From contig OZ024743.1 in assembly GCA_964016885.1 (NCBI GenBank), positions 367,040,001 to 367,104,000 of the forward strand: a stretch of DNA of 64,000 nucleotides, written 5' to 3'. A model generated the notes under the pieces. It was given only the letters and a program-made list of their open reading frames with translations. It searched no databases and had not been told where the DNA came from. Positions 51,780-64,000 of the stretch are shown here, in pieces. This DNA is from Eledone cirrhosa (Eukaryota). A program made the translations under genes and the position numbers. Numbering within the stretch: position 1 is the stretch's first letter; each line of letters starts with the position of its first letter.

Positions 51780-51973
51780 ACGAAGGAAATGTGGTAAGGA
51801 ACCAGGTGGACCATAATGCACCAAAGTACTCAATACTTAGGGTAGTAGAGTGGGTAATAGGAACGAGTAGGACCCCGACGGCTGAGCTCAAGTCGTTTCG
51901 ACGGCTAATTCTGGACCAGAATTAGCTGTCGAAACGGCTTGAGCTCAGCCGTCGGGGTCCTACTCGTTCCTAT
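51779..51973. mobile_element. Second copy of the same hairpin family, opposite orientation
   Basis: Palindrome 51857-51973; GAAACGGCT tgagctc AGCCGTC|GGGGTCC; tail homologous to 50772-50858. Confidence 0.85.
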
Positions 51974-51987
51974 ATATATATATAGAA

Positions 51988-52040
51988 GAGCTTCTACAGG
52001 ACTAGAACTGTTTCATTCGTGAGAAATCATCAGGGAGCTC
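51988..52040 (-). ncRNA. Type-I hammerhead ribozyme
   Basis: Minus strand: GAGCTCC-CTGATGA-tTTC tcac GAAt-GAAACAG ttctagtc CTGTA|GAAGCTC. Confidence 0.75.
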
Positions 52041-52087
52041 CCTGATGATTTCTCACAAATGAAACAATTCTAGTCCTGTAGAAGCTC
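52035..52087 (+). ncRNA. Type-I hammerhead ribozyme (mirror copy, two substitutions)
   Basis: GAGCTCC-CTGATGA-tttctcacaaat-GAAACA..TGTA|GAAGCTC. Confidence 0.65.
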
Positions 52088-52899
52088 TTCTATATTAAAA
52101 CTTTTATACTCTGCTATATATTGAGTACCTTACTGTGGTTATCTCCGATTCAACCCAGAATAACTTATATATATGTATATATGTATATATATGTAGGGTA
52201 AAGACCCCCTTTGGTCACAAATGACCATGTGTTTTGCACCTAGAAAGTTCCCCTTCATGCACTAGTCTGGGCAAGTTGTTTCGTGAAAGGCCACCAGTCA
52301 CTCATGCATACCAGTCTATCCTCTTTACTCCACCAATGTTGTCCAAGGAAGAGGCATAGGCCAATACAACTTAGCACCAGTGATGTCACAATTCATACAA
52401 TAATAGATAGAAATACACTATCCCTGCCAGTCATAAACTACAAATTCATTATAATAAATGAAAAATTATGTCAACTGTAGAGCCCTACTGCATTCTCAAC
52501 ACACCTTCCTAATGCTAATATAGAAAAGATATACTTACCATGCACACAGGAATGAATGAATGAACAAATGAATGAATGAATGAAGGATGGGAGGAAGGAA
52601 AGAAGGAAGGGTAGATAGAAGGAAGGAAAAAAATGAAGGTAGTAGTTTGGTACAAATAGTGAATTTTTACAAAGAAACCATAAACTTAGAAGTAAACAAA
52701 ATTAGATTGATTAGCATAAGATAACAAAACAAAAAAAGAAAAGACAAACAAAAAACTCTTCATTAGTCATAAATAAATAATAAAGTACTTCCAAGAAAGA
52801 AAGTACACCGAGAAAAAAAGGTTTAGGTAAGAACGAAGCACCAGAAAAGTACCAGAAAAGCACCAGAAAAGGTTAAAATTCTTTTCATTTCCAAGATGG

Positions 52900-53410
52900 A
52901 AGGGAAATGAACCAATATTAAAGCCTTCAAAAGTTCAATAGATACACAGGATCAATACCTAGTTACAAAAAAAAGTTAATACAAGAAGAAAGAACAATTG
53001 ATCCACATCATTTCTGGCTGTTCATTCCTTGCAACGGCAGAATATATCCATAGATATGACTGGATAGGTAGTTATACCCACTGGGCAATATGTTACCACT
53101 TCCACATCAAAGCTGAAAAGAAAACGGTCTTCAACATATCTCTCCAGCTGTCCAGATATCATTTCAAAAGCAGAAAGGATATAAACCTATCCATTCTGAG
53201 AGATATTGAAAATGTATCAAAATATAAGATCCTCAAAATAGAAATAAGCAAGTTATGAGATAAGAGAATAAAAATAGTTCCAATAATAATAGGTACACTG
53301 TTATGAAAAAAAAAAATGATAAAACAAAATCACTTAATCAAAGTTCACAACGTTACACACAAAATAATAGTTCTATTTGTCACAGAAATTTTATGTAGGA
53401 TACTTTCAAT
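52900..53410 (+). mobile_element. R4/Dong-like LINE remnant (zinc knuckle + RLE region)
   Basis: HIISGCSFLATAEYIHRYD resembles H..SGC..LA...Y..RHD. Confidence 0.55.
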
Positions 53411-55559
53411 AACATCACACATTCTTCACAATCATCTTCCAATATTATATCAGATGTTACACAACAAATATTCTTCACAATCATTTTCCAAACTATATTA
53501 CAATTTACACAATACATATTCTACACACTCCCCTTATAATACAATTTACATATAAGAGAAACAATCCATATGATATAATAAGTGTGCTGTGAATGATAAA
53601 AAGTTACAGACAAATATATAATCCCAAATCTAGGACTTATACATATAGACAACACATAGAAAACAACACCATAAGGAGTTCCACAAATAGCATGTAAAAT
53701 ACAGGAAATATAATAGAAAATACAAAACTAAGATAAAACTGTATTTATATAAGATGCAAAGAACTGCATTTAGTTGTGCAATGAAAGCACGTAATCAGTG
53801 TGTTGTCAGTTAATGCAAATGTTTTCATATCAGCACCATTTTATAAAATGTAAGTGGTGACATTTGTTTTTGTCTTCCATAAGCAACATGTCCTGCAATG
53901 CAGTAGTTCAGCAAATGTTAGTGGTATATACCATACTTAAAATAAAGTAGGGCATCCGGCTGTAGAATAAAGGGCATCCGGCTGTAGAAAAACCATCTCA
54001 AAAAGTCTCATCCATCTCATGCTAGCATTGAAAAAAATGAGTATGAAAATGATGATGATTTAAACAAAGAAGAAATTTATAATAATTATATATGGGATTG
54101 TAAGATAATGATAAGAGAGAGAATAATAGGAAGGTGAAAATAAAGAAATATATGGAAAAAAAGGAGTGGTCCTATTATATAATATGATGTTTTAAAGAAA
54201 ATTCATATAGCAATATGTTTACAAAAGAGTGCTGAAAAGAGAGGGAATAAGGAAGAAAAGAAATAAAAAGTTCAAAACAATTGTATAATATCTTAGCATG
54301 AGAAAGACACGTAAATGATATTGTACAGTGTTCAATATAATTATATAAAATTAAGTATAAATAATTATTAACATATGAAAATTGATATTTGATGAATGGA
54401 ACAGAAGTAACTCTATTGAGTGCTAACATATATAAAATGTATAATTAACAGTAAGTAGGGACTTCTAACTTAAAAATATTAGAAGTATGTTTGTATCTGC
54501 AAAAATTAAATTCATTTATTATGAATGAAAGCAATCTATTTCCAGAAATGCATGAATTCCAAAAGTTAGTGACTAGGTTATAAGCATTTGCATGTTCCAT
54601 AGTTTCTTACATAATGTCAAAATTTGTGTGGTTACTTTTGAATGTGTAAACCTATTTTGATAAAAAGGCATATAGTCATTTGACATGGCCATTCTTACCT
54701 ATTTCAATAATATATTCTAGTTTATAGAACACACTTCAAAAACACATTTGTCAAAAAGCCATTAAAGTCTGTACCAAATCTTGAGTTTCATCAGGCTGAA
54801 GCTTATCTCAGTACCATTGGCCTTACGTAAAGAATTTTCCTGAACAGGATGCCACTTCATCACAAGATTAACTCACAGCTGCTACTAGTATTCATCTTTC
54901 AGCTAAGTTGTCTGGAGAACATGAAAGGAAGTGTCTTATTTAAGAAAAGAGTGTGCTAATTGATTCAGGATTTGAACCAAATAGCATAACCATTAGGCCT
55001 TCACAAAAACACATTAATTTGAAGCATATTGACCAAAAAGCAAATTGGTCAAAAGACATACGAGATACAGATTGGTTGGAAGACAAATTGCTAAAAAACA
55101 TATTAGTCAACGTAATTGTCAAAAAATATTTGTAGAAAGCCATATTCGGAGAAAATCAGAAATATATCAAAACTTTATGTTGACTAATTTTTTAAAACAA
55201 TTGTAATTTTAAAATGATAAGAACAAATTATTTTTAAATGAGATATATTTTCAATTTATTTTCAGGCAATCTGTCTTTATAAGAATAGAAATATGAATAG
55301 AAATATATTAAAACTTTATATGGACAGATCTGGTTTGGAGTGCGTGTGTGTTTTAATGTATTATGTATAACGTCCAACAAAATGTTTTGACTTAGTTATG
55401 ACTTTCTACGTTCTGAGTTCAAATCTCACCCTGGGTAACTTTGCCTCTCAACTGGAGTCGATATAATTGACTTTCCCCTTCACCAAGATTGCTGGCCTTG
55501 TACCATGGTCAGAAAGAATTATGTATAATGTCCAATACAGAATAAACATTAGAATATTC

Positions 55560-57520
55560 TAAATTTTTGGTGCCAGACGAATAAGCAATCTTGGACCAAC
55601 AGCAGTAAACTACTGGGGAGATGGAGCAATGAGTGATGCTGTTAGTTTAATCCAGTGCTATAGCTAGGATGAGGCGAGTAAAGGCTGCTCCTAAAAAAGC
55701 CTTGTCTTTGTGGGTTTGAGAAAAGTATCAAATTGGTGGTTGGTGCAAATAAGACCACTAAAACCTGCAATATTGTTAGATGAAATAAAAGCATTCATAC
55801 TGCATCGTCTTTTGTACAGGGCAACAAGGGACATATTCAAGCCTTAGGTAGAGGGGCCTGTTCTAAAAATATATTGCATTTCCATCAAACACTGTGAGAA
55901 ACGGTGAGGGGGCCTGCAACATGTCTTGGGAAGCATGGGATGAACACACAAAGGTTACATATCCCGAGACCCAAAAAGGGTCCAGAAGGGACAATTGGCA
56001 ATTGGAAACTGGAATGTTAAAACCCTTATGGCTAAAGAGCAGAGAGTAGTAAAGGAAGCCCGATGCTACTGGCTAGATATAGTCAGGGGTTCCTTAAAGT
56101 TCCATGGCTTTGGTACTGTCGATTTGCTTGGAGGATGGAAATTCCACAATTCAGGTGTGGTGCCAGAAATAACTGTACAGGCAGGAGTAGGGATACTCAC
56201 AAGTCCTCAGTTGTCAGAATATGTTAGGGACTAGATCCCATTAGGAGGGAGGATTTTCATCTTGAAGTTTAGGCTGAAAGATAGGTCTCTGTGGGTGGTG
56301 CAAGTTTATGTACCAAAGAAGGAGTCTGAATACAGGTCCTTCCTTGATGAAGTCACTGCAGCGTTAGATGTAGTTAAGACTGAGTCATATATTGGAGACT
56401 TCAATGCACATGTTGACACTGATCACCTGACATGGAAAGGAGTGATTGGAAGGAACAGTTATCCTGATCTGAATACAAATGGAGAGGCCTTATTAGATTT
56501 CTGTTCTAGTAATGAGCTTTCTATTATAAACACCTTCTTCCAGTACAAAGACATCCATAAATACATATTGTATAAGGGAAATCAGGGACAGAGATCAATA
56601 ACTGATTTTGTTATTGTTAAGAGAGGGCAGAGCTGTCAACTGATCACATCATGAATACTGAGTGGCCTGGATCTTTAAGCAGTAGCAATAGGGAATGATA
56701 ATCCCAATTTTAAAAAAAAAGACAAAAAAGAGCTCTAATTATAGAGAGAGCTTGTTGAGCCTCCCCAGTAAAGTCTATAACAAGATGTAAGGATATTGTC
56801 AAGTCCAAGCTAGCTGATGAACAGTGTGTTTTTTTGCCCCAGATGCAGCACAGCTAACCATATATTCATGCTGAAGCAGGTCTTTGAGAAATTGTGGGAA
56901 TATTGCCAAGTTGTGTATGCATGTTTCATAGACCTTGAAAGGCATATGACTGCATTCCAACATGCACTTGATTGGTTTGTTGCTGAGTGCTGCATGGCAG
57001 AAATGAAAATCCGTGCTGCAATGACTGAGACACTCAGCATCTCAAGGAACCTGTGCAGTGCACTCTATATGTTAGTGGAGTTTCACTGAAGCAGGTGGAG
57101 AATTTCAAGTATCTCAAGGCCATGATCACAAATGAAGGCTGGAGACTTAATTAAGTGCAAGAATTGCAAGAACTGGTATGTTAGCTTCAGTATTCAGTCA
57201 TCAGTAGAAAGAAGATAGGTGAAAAACCCAGCTAGCTATCTTTAATTTGGTATTCATTTCAACCCTTACCTATGGTCGTGAATACAATTGCAAATACAAG
57301 CAGCCAAAATGGGGTTCCTCCAAAGAGTCTTTGGAGTAACATTAGTGAATATAGTGCATAGCTCAGCTATCAAGGAGTCACCTCAGGTGGAGCTGCTACT
57401 TGAGAAATCATAGCTCTGCTACTATGGACATATGTTCAGAATGTCTAAGGTAGGAATCGCTAGACAGATTTTACGTCCAAAGCCAAGTGGAAAAAGACCT
57501 AGGGGTTAACCTCGAGGGAG
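55560..57520 (+). mobile_element. Expander-like RTE, internally deleted
   Basis: AIGNWNVKTL, QVYVP and GDFNAHV (APE); YACFIDLE; VENFKYL. Confidence 0.82.
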
Positions 57521-57539
57521 GATCAGTTTTAATAGTACC

Positions 57540-58450
57540 TGGAAGGTCTGTTTACTTATTGATCTTTTCCATTTCCTTTTCAGCCACATTGTGGTCTTGA
57601 GGGATTGCAGTACCAATTAGAGACCATTTTGAGAGGTCGTTTGTTTTTACGACAATATCAGGGCAGTTGTGTTGGACTTTCTTTGTGGTCTTGATCTTAA
57701 GGTCCTAAAATAACTCAACTCCTTTACTTGATCGGCAGGATTCAAGAGGAGTATGTTCATACCACTGATATCTATGTTTTCTATTTTTTGTACAACTTCA
57801 AACGGACTCTCTTTGCCATAAGATCATGCAGATTTTATAATATCTTTTTGCTAATTGCTTACATCCACTAGCAATATGTGCCACAAATTTGTCTGCTTTA
57901 TGACATACTTTATAGAGAGGAGAACAATTTTGTCCATCGATGCTAGCTTTCACCCAATTTGTTCTGAGTGCCTGGTCTTGTGTGACAGTAATAATAGCCT
58001 CAGTGCTCTTTTTAACCCAACCTGACCTAAGCCAAAGCCAAGACCGAAGGTCAGCAATGTCTTTAATGTCAGCAGGAAATTTGCCATGAAGAGCTTTTTC
58101 TTTCTAAAGGCTTTGTTGTGTGTTTTCTTACCTTGACTTTCTGTTATAAAGTCTTCCTTCAAAACCTCTCTGAGTAGTGGTTCTTCAGTTAATGTCAGAT
58201 AGTCCCACAAGCTGTTGCACTCGCTACGTACACATTGCTCAACTGAAATTAAATCTCCCACCTTCCTTCTTCAGCATAGCAATATTTGTCCTTGGGCGTA
58301 AGCACCCATTGCATGTTAAGATCTTATGAGTGCGCCTATCAATTCTTTCAAGGTCTTGTTTTATCCAATTAACTATTCTAGCACTATACCTCACTACTCC
58401 CAAAACCCATTATTGTGTTATTCCAGATGTTACATTTCCTGCATATAGTT
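57540..58450 (-). mobile_element. R4/Dong-like LINE remnant
   Basis: LISVEQCV..E..SL..YL (ORF 57950-58261); VAHIASGCKQLAKRYY. Confidence 0.7.
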
Positions 58451-58569
58451 TTCACTCTCCTGATGTTCTCCTTTTCAATCTTTTCCTTCATTTTGCCTGT
58501 TCTGATTCCTACATTCTGCAACTTACCCAAGTATTAGTAAACAACAGCACCACCAACACGAACACCATC

Positions 58570-58940
58570 AGGATGAACCCCGTAAGGATGAACCCCGTAA
58601 GGATGAAAGGCAAAGTTAACCTCGGCGGGATTTGAACTCAGAATGGCAAGGGCTGTAACTCTATGCTGGAAAGCATGGCGTCCGACCCTCTACCGATACT
58701 GCCAATCCACCAATAATAATTGTTTCTACTTTAGACACAAGGTCAGCAATTTGAAGGGGAGGGGAAAGTCGATTAAATCGACCCCAGTGCATTACTGGTA
58801 CTTTATTTTATTATCGACCCTGCAAGGATGAAAGGCAAAGCTAACTCTGGCGGGATTTGAACTCAAAATGTAAAGAGCCAAACTCTATGCTGCAAAGCAT
58901 GGTGTCTGATGTTCTACCGATACTGCCAATCCACCGCCTT
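58570..58940 (-). mobile_element. Two tandem SINE A copies
   Basis: Heads at ~58712 and ~58938; 15-bp duplication at 58570-58607. Confidence 0.82.
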
Positions 58941-59814
58941 TGATAATAACAATAATAAAAAGAAGATTTATATATTAATAACTTCTAGATTTTTAAACTT
59001 AAAAACATTATGACAGTTATTCAAATATGAAATAAATCATTACAATATTTTAAAATAATTTATTTAAAAAAAATATTAAAATTTTGATAAATATTCTTCT
59101 GCCTTATCTTCTAATATGTTTTCGATCAATTTATTTTTCTATGAAAATATTTTTCTATGAAAATATTTTTCTATGAATTCATGTCTACAAATATGTCTTT
59201 CAAGAAATTTGTTTTTCAGTCAATATGCTTTTGCCCAATGTGTTTTTGACAAATGTTCATATACACATGCATATACATTCATATACATATGAATTTACTA
59301 AAATATATCTCAGTAGTTTTAGAACATAAGAATAGTGCTCTGGAAAATAACACGAATGTTACTAACCTTATGGATTGCAAAGAGATAGAATTATATTTGC
59401 AGATATTGAACAAAAGTTTTTATAAATATATATATGTAGAATATGAATATATTTGAACTCTTTCAACTGTATTTTACTTCTAAATAGAAGAAGTAGATGA
59501 AACATTAATATTACTTGAAGTAGGCTTTGATGTTGGGTTTCCATTGCTTGAACTATTATCTAGAGATATTCTAATATATTGATGTTTATATGAATTCTAC
59601 ATATGCTTCTGGTTCATGTTTATTTACAAAGTAATCAAACCTTATATAAACCTTCATGTAGTTGCTAAATGTATGCTGTCACTACACATGCCTCCCAACA
59701 ACTAATTTCTTTCACTTAGTTGCCTGACTTTCTAGAAACAGCATCCAAATCACATACTCCTGTCTTATGCAAGGAAAAAGACATTAGATAATGCATTCCT
59801 AAACATATCCTGGA

Positions 59815-60055
59815 ACATCATCATCATCACCATTTAACGTCCATTTTCCATGCTAGCATGGGTTAGACGAGTTGTCCTGTTGTGAGAAATGTCAGGTCAA
59901 GTGACCATGTCTTGTTTATTCAAGACTGATTTTGGCTTAGTTTCAATAGCTTTTGCTAATGACAACTACATTTGCAGTGAGTACTGGGTGCTTTTTGCCG
60001 TGATCCCTACATGACTACTTTACAGTGTGGGCTGGGTTCTTTTTGTCGTGAAACT
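59815..60055 (-). mobile_element. RTE/SINE 3' tail fragment
   Basis: (CAT)n followed by CATGCTAGCATGGGTTAGAC, as in the other RTE ends. Confidence 0.75.
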
Positions 60056-61981
60056 ATGATATAAAAATATCAATAATATTATAAAAATATATATGAAATT
60101 ACAACTATGACAATTACAACTTTTACATCATTACTTTACATCTGATTTCTATGCAGGCATGAGTTAGATGGGTTGTCACTCTCTGAGAGCAGATAGGTTG
60201 GAGTGATCTCATCTTGCACATATGTTCCATATTTGGCATGTCTTCTACAGCTGGATGTACTGCCTCATGTCAATCTCCTTATAGAGTGTACTGGGTGCAG
60301 TTTTCATGGCACTAACACTACTGCCTTACAGGTGCTCTGGGTGTATTTTATCAAGGCATCGACACTTACACTTTTCAGAGCGTACTAGGAGCATTTCATT
60401 GTAGAGAGGTTGTCACATGCTCGGCCAGATTAAAAACTACTTTTAAAACTTATATTTTCTTTGTTTGATTGCCAAACACTGCAGCCTCTGATCTTCATCA
60501 CATTTAACTTTAGTGTCACAGTGCTTGTAATAGTGAAAGGGTATTTTGCATTATGGCATATCACTAATCAAGCCAGTCCTGTGTCATCTTTGTGAGGTTC
60601 AGTTTCTTGAGGCCATTCTTCACAACTTTGTTCTAAGTCTTCAACAGGTTCCATCTCATTCAAGTGCTTGACAATTGGTTAAAAAGGAATCATTCGTAGT
60701 TATTTTACACATTGTGATTAATAACCTGGCAAGAAACAGAATTAACAGCTTGGGTTCAATATTCAGTCAGATATGATTCCATGAATTTGCTTGGATAGAT
60801 CAACACTCAGATACTGCAAGTAAATTTTCCTCTCAAGTAGTTGCTGGTCTCATACACACATGCACACACACATGCAGACACACAATTAACTAAAATAGCA
60901 ACATCAACAAAAGTACAAAAACGGATTGGCATACAATAACACTAGCCCAGCAGAAGCAAAGTTCAAAAACAGAACAAAGTACAACTACAAAAATAACAAA
61001 ATAAAGTACAAAAACGGATCGGCGTATAATAACAACAAGAAACGAGACAAAAATTTAAAAAACAGAGCAGCGTAGAATTACTTACACACTGAAGGATGTT
61101 TGACCGAATATCTATAGATTCATAACACTATATAAATTTGCAATAGCGGCTTCTCTTAAAAGATAAATGAATTGTATTTGATCTTGGGATTGCTCAATAA
61201 CTACTTTATCTATATATATAAAACTGAGGTTGTCTGTCTGTCTGTCTGTCTGTCTACTAAAACGGTCGGCACACATCTCCTCCTAAACCATACGTTCAAA
61301 TTTCCGTGAAATTGCTACTTATAGATGAAGGTCCGGCGGAGACATCGGTCAAAAACATTTTCAAATCGACCTACGCCAAGTGCAAAAATCAAATTTGTAA
61401 TGTATTAATTTTTCAGTTCAAATGTATAAATAGAGATGAGAGACGAGTTATTTCCCTTTTATGGCGTCATTTGTTTATCTATTTACGTTACGGACAAACT
61501 ACGCGTGCAAAAGTACAAAAAATACACGAACAGTTTTCGGACCTGCAAAATTTTAACCTACAAAATTCATGAGTTCGAAGTTTCAACATTAAGCTTCCAT
61601 TTTGCTTCATTTCCATTAAAAAGTCGTTTAAAACAATATTTTTACTTGAAAACAAGCCTATTTGAATACATCATAAAACAAGCAAATATTTTGTAAAAAT
61701 ATATATAATCTCGAACGGAAAAAATGAAATGAAATTTCATTTCTCACTCTTAGTACGGCGTGTTACTTAAATATAAGTATGTATACGTACATACATATAT
61801 GGATACAGACATACAGTAGTATGTATATATATATACATACATGCACACATACATATATGTACGTATGGATTCACCGAACATTTATTATAATGCTCGGTGT
61901 GTTTGTAAACAAACATCCCGAATTAAGCCGTACAGTGTCTAGCAACCATCGTTGCTCATTTGTTCAAAACTGACAAAGGAA

Positions 61982-62022
61982 CGCTGTACTAGTTTCAAGC
62001 TTATTAGCTATCGTCAGCAACG
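61982..62022 (-). ncRNA. Minimal type-I hammerhead ribozyme
   Basis: Minus strand: CGTTG-CTGACGA-tAGCT aata AGCTt-GAAACTAGTA|CAGCG. Confidence 0.8.
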
Positions 62023-62203
62023 GCTGAGAAGCCTAATTTGCATATCGAGTGAGAAATGAAATTTCGTTTCATTTTTTCCGGTTATCGTTTTCGGTGCGCC
62101 CGGCAGATTAACTCACTCGATATGCAAATTAGGCTGCTCAGCCGTTAATATGCATAAGGAAAGTATATACTTTCAGACGTTCAATCATCTGGCAGGAAGG
62201 TAT

Positions 62204-62246
62204 ACGTTGCTGACGATAGCTAATAAGCTTGAAACTAGTACAGTGT
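62204..62246 (+). ncRNA. Minimal type-I hammerhead ribozyme
   Basis: ACGTTG-CTGACGA-tAGCT aata AGCTt-GAAACTAGTA|CAGTGT; palindromic stem III ACTAGT, GUA site. Confidence 0.82.
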
Positions 62247-63134
62247 TCCTTTGTCAGTTTTGAACAAATGAGCAATGATGGTTGCTAGACACTGTACGGC
62301 TTAATTCGGGATGTTTGTTTACAAACACACCGAGCATTACAATAAATGTGAATCCATACGTACATATATGTATGTGTGCATGTATGTATATATATATACA
62401 TACTACTGTACGTCTGTATACATGTATGTATGTATACATACTTATATATAATCTTGAATAAAGCCTTATGAGATTTTCATCTAGAACCAATGATTTTAAA
62501 CGACTGTTGATTGAGGGAATATTAATCAAAAGTACCACATGAAAGTCTACACTGTAGACTCTACAGTTTTTAAGCCAAGAAAGGAACTTAACATTGTAAC
62601 TTTAACACAGCTACTGAGCAGCCCCGAGCAACGCCGGGCTTTACTGCTAGTCTGAGATAAAAAATAATTACAGGCAACTTTCTCAAACTACCCCAAGAGA
62701 CAAAATAACATGACTGTAAACATTTACTACTACTACTACCTCTACAATTACTGCTGAAGCAGTCATATATTCCTGCCCTCCCCCTCCATCTTAATCTACC
62801 TCAAGAAACCAACTATTATCTTTGCTGCCATCCTGTACTGTTACCACTACCATTCCAACTAATGATGAAGCAGTCCTCTCCACAAAATATTTGACAACTG
62901 TTATCAAACTGCTTTTGGTGCTGAGCATACATCACAACAATATTTTCAATGGATGCACAAACAATGTTGGAATATAATTCAATCTTTGAACCATTTGACT
63001 TGGAAAATGCAGCACAGCAAAAGGAGAGTAAAGTGTCCCCCCCCCCACCTTTTTTTTACAGTTTTCCAGGATTCAAGACTCATTTTTATTTATTTGTTTA
63101 TTTATTCATTCATTTATTCATTTATACGCCTCTT

Positions 63135-63290
63135 TATGTTCTGAGTTCCAGCCCCACCTGGGTTGGCTTTGCCTTTCATCCTTGCAAGGTCAATGAGATG
63201 GGGTACCGGTGACTCACTGGGGTCAGTTTGATTGACTTTCCTCTCCTCCAGGACTGTTGGCTTTGTGCCTAATTCAGAAACCATTATTTA
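63135..63290 (+). mobile_element. SINE A, decayed
   Basis: B-box-like sequence and body motif. Confidence 0.65.
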
Positions 63291-63449
63291 CAACTTAAAC
63301 TCTTAGAACATACTGCAGAATATAATATACACATATTAAGTGCCTTCTCTCCCGGTTTTCAAATCCAACATGTATATCAGCATGCCTTACCTACACACAC
63401 TCCTTCCATTCTTCTCCCCCTCCATCCACACTCCAATCTTCCTATTCAT

Positions 63450-63680
63450 CCTACATCACCCCCTTCCTCACTCCAGCTCGAAGTGAGAATCAAGTGTGGA
63501 TGTGAGGCTGCAGCTCATGTGACCAGAGATTTCATAGAGCATGCACCTCTTTCGTTATCCCACCTCCTTGTGAAGCTGGACATGACAAACACCTTCAACA
63601 ACATTAGGTGGGATCATGTCCTAGAGACGTATCTCAGATGAGCCCCCTCCATCTACTTGTGGCCAACTCTTATCTTGATG
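63450..63680 (+). mobile_element. CRE-like LINE RT fragment
   Basis: QLEVRIKCGCEAAAHVTR...LVKLDMTNTFNNI, matching QxGVG.xGGxEAAxH...LKLDFxNAFN. Confidence 0.6.
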
Positions 63681-63774
63681 GTGTCGCTTCTCTACATGGC
63701 TTGTACAACCCTCACAAGCCATTCATCTGTCTCTAATTTCCTAAGTGACCACCAAATTATAGAGCATTGAATTC

Positions 63775-64000
63775 TTTCAAAAGCTTTTCCAGGTCAACAA
63801 ATGTTAGATATAGGGGCTCTTTCTTAGCTAAATAGTTCTACAGTTGTCTAACTAGGAAGATGGCATTGGTAGTGCTTCTCTCACACACAAAGCCAAACTG
63901 CATCTCATCAAAATTAATTCTGTCCTAATTATTAGTGCAATTACTCTTTCTATGACCTTCATAACCTGATCCAACAATTTGATGCCTTGGTAATTTTCTC
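63775..64000 (-). mobile_element. RTE RT fragment running off the window
   Basis: Reverse complement gives GIKLLDQVMKVIERV...DEMQFGF...FVDLEKAF. Confidence 0.8.

Larger units (their letters stand above)
51980..52167. mobile_element. Hairpin element with back-to-back hammerheads
   Basis: Palindrome 51980-52095 centred on GGGAGCTCCC; TA on both flanks. Confidence 0.85.
61716..62447. mobile_element. Multi-inversion fold-back element inside the Helitron
   Basis: Arms ~61771-62022 / 62205-62447; inner arms 62019-62053 / 62112-62147; also 61716-61749 / 62047-62080. Confidence 0.85.
61209..62650 (+). mobile_element. Non-autonomous Helitron
   Basis: A|TC 5' end, (TGTC)n near the start, subterminal GC hairpin CCCG agcaacgc CGGG, 3' CTAG|T, no TSD. 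Confidence 0.8.

Noticed and set aside
59480-59600. Minus-strand Ser/Asn-rich frame as a terminal exon
   Set aside because: No polypyrimidine tract and no homology recognised.

Overview
AT-rich, repeat-saturated animal DNA, most likely an octopod cephalopod (inferred from the RTE/SINE/microsatellite make-up, not verified). No host gene is confidently visible; there is one weak exon candidate. The window holds about 15 RTE-clade LINE copies (some very young, with a PHD-like C4HC3 finger inside the RT), a Tx1/L1-like LINE, R4-like and CRE-like remnants, two SINE families, mariner/Tc1 remnants, TTAA MITEs, a probable LTR with a tRNA-Trp PBS, a non-autonomous Helitron and two Penelope-like elements (PLEs). 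The main signal is a set of sequence-diverse short fold-back elements, mostly lodged in (TA)n tracts, carrying type-I hammerhead ribozyme (HHR) motifs. In eight cases the inversion boundary falls inside the ribozyme, and several elements share a TTGAGTRC motif 40-60 bp from their end. PLE-linked hammerheads are known; the boundary pattern, the terminal motif and the circularly permuted ~540-bp unit are my inferences. All folds and alignments were done by eye, and boundaries of degenerate repeats are approximate.
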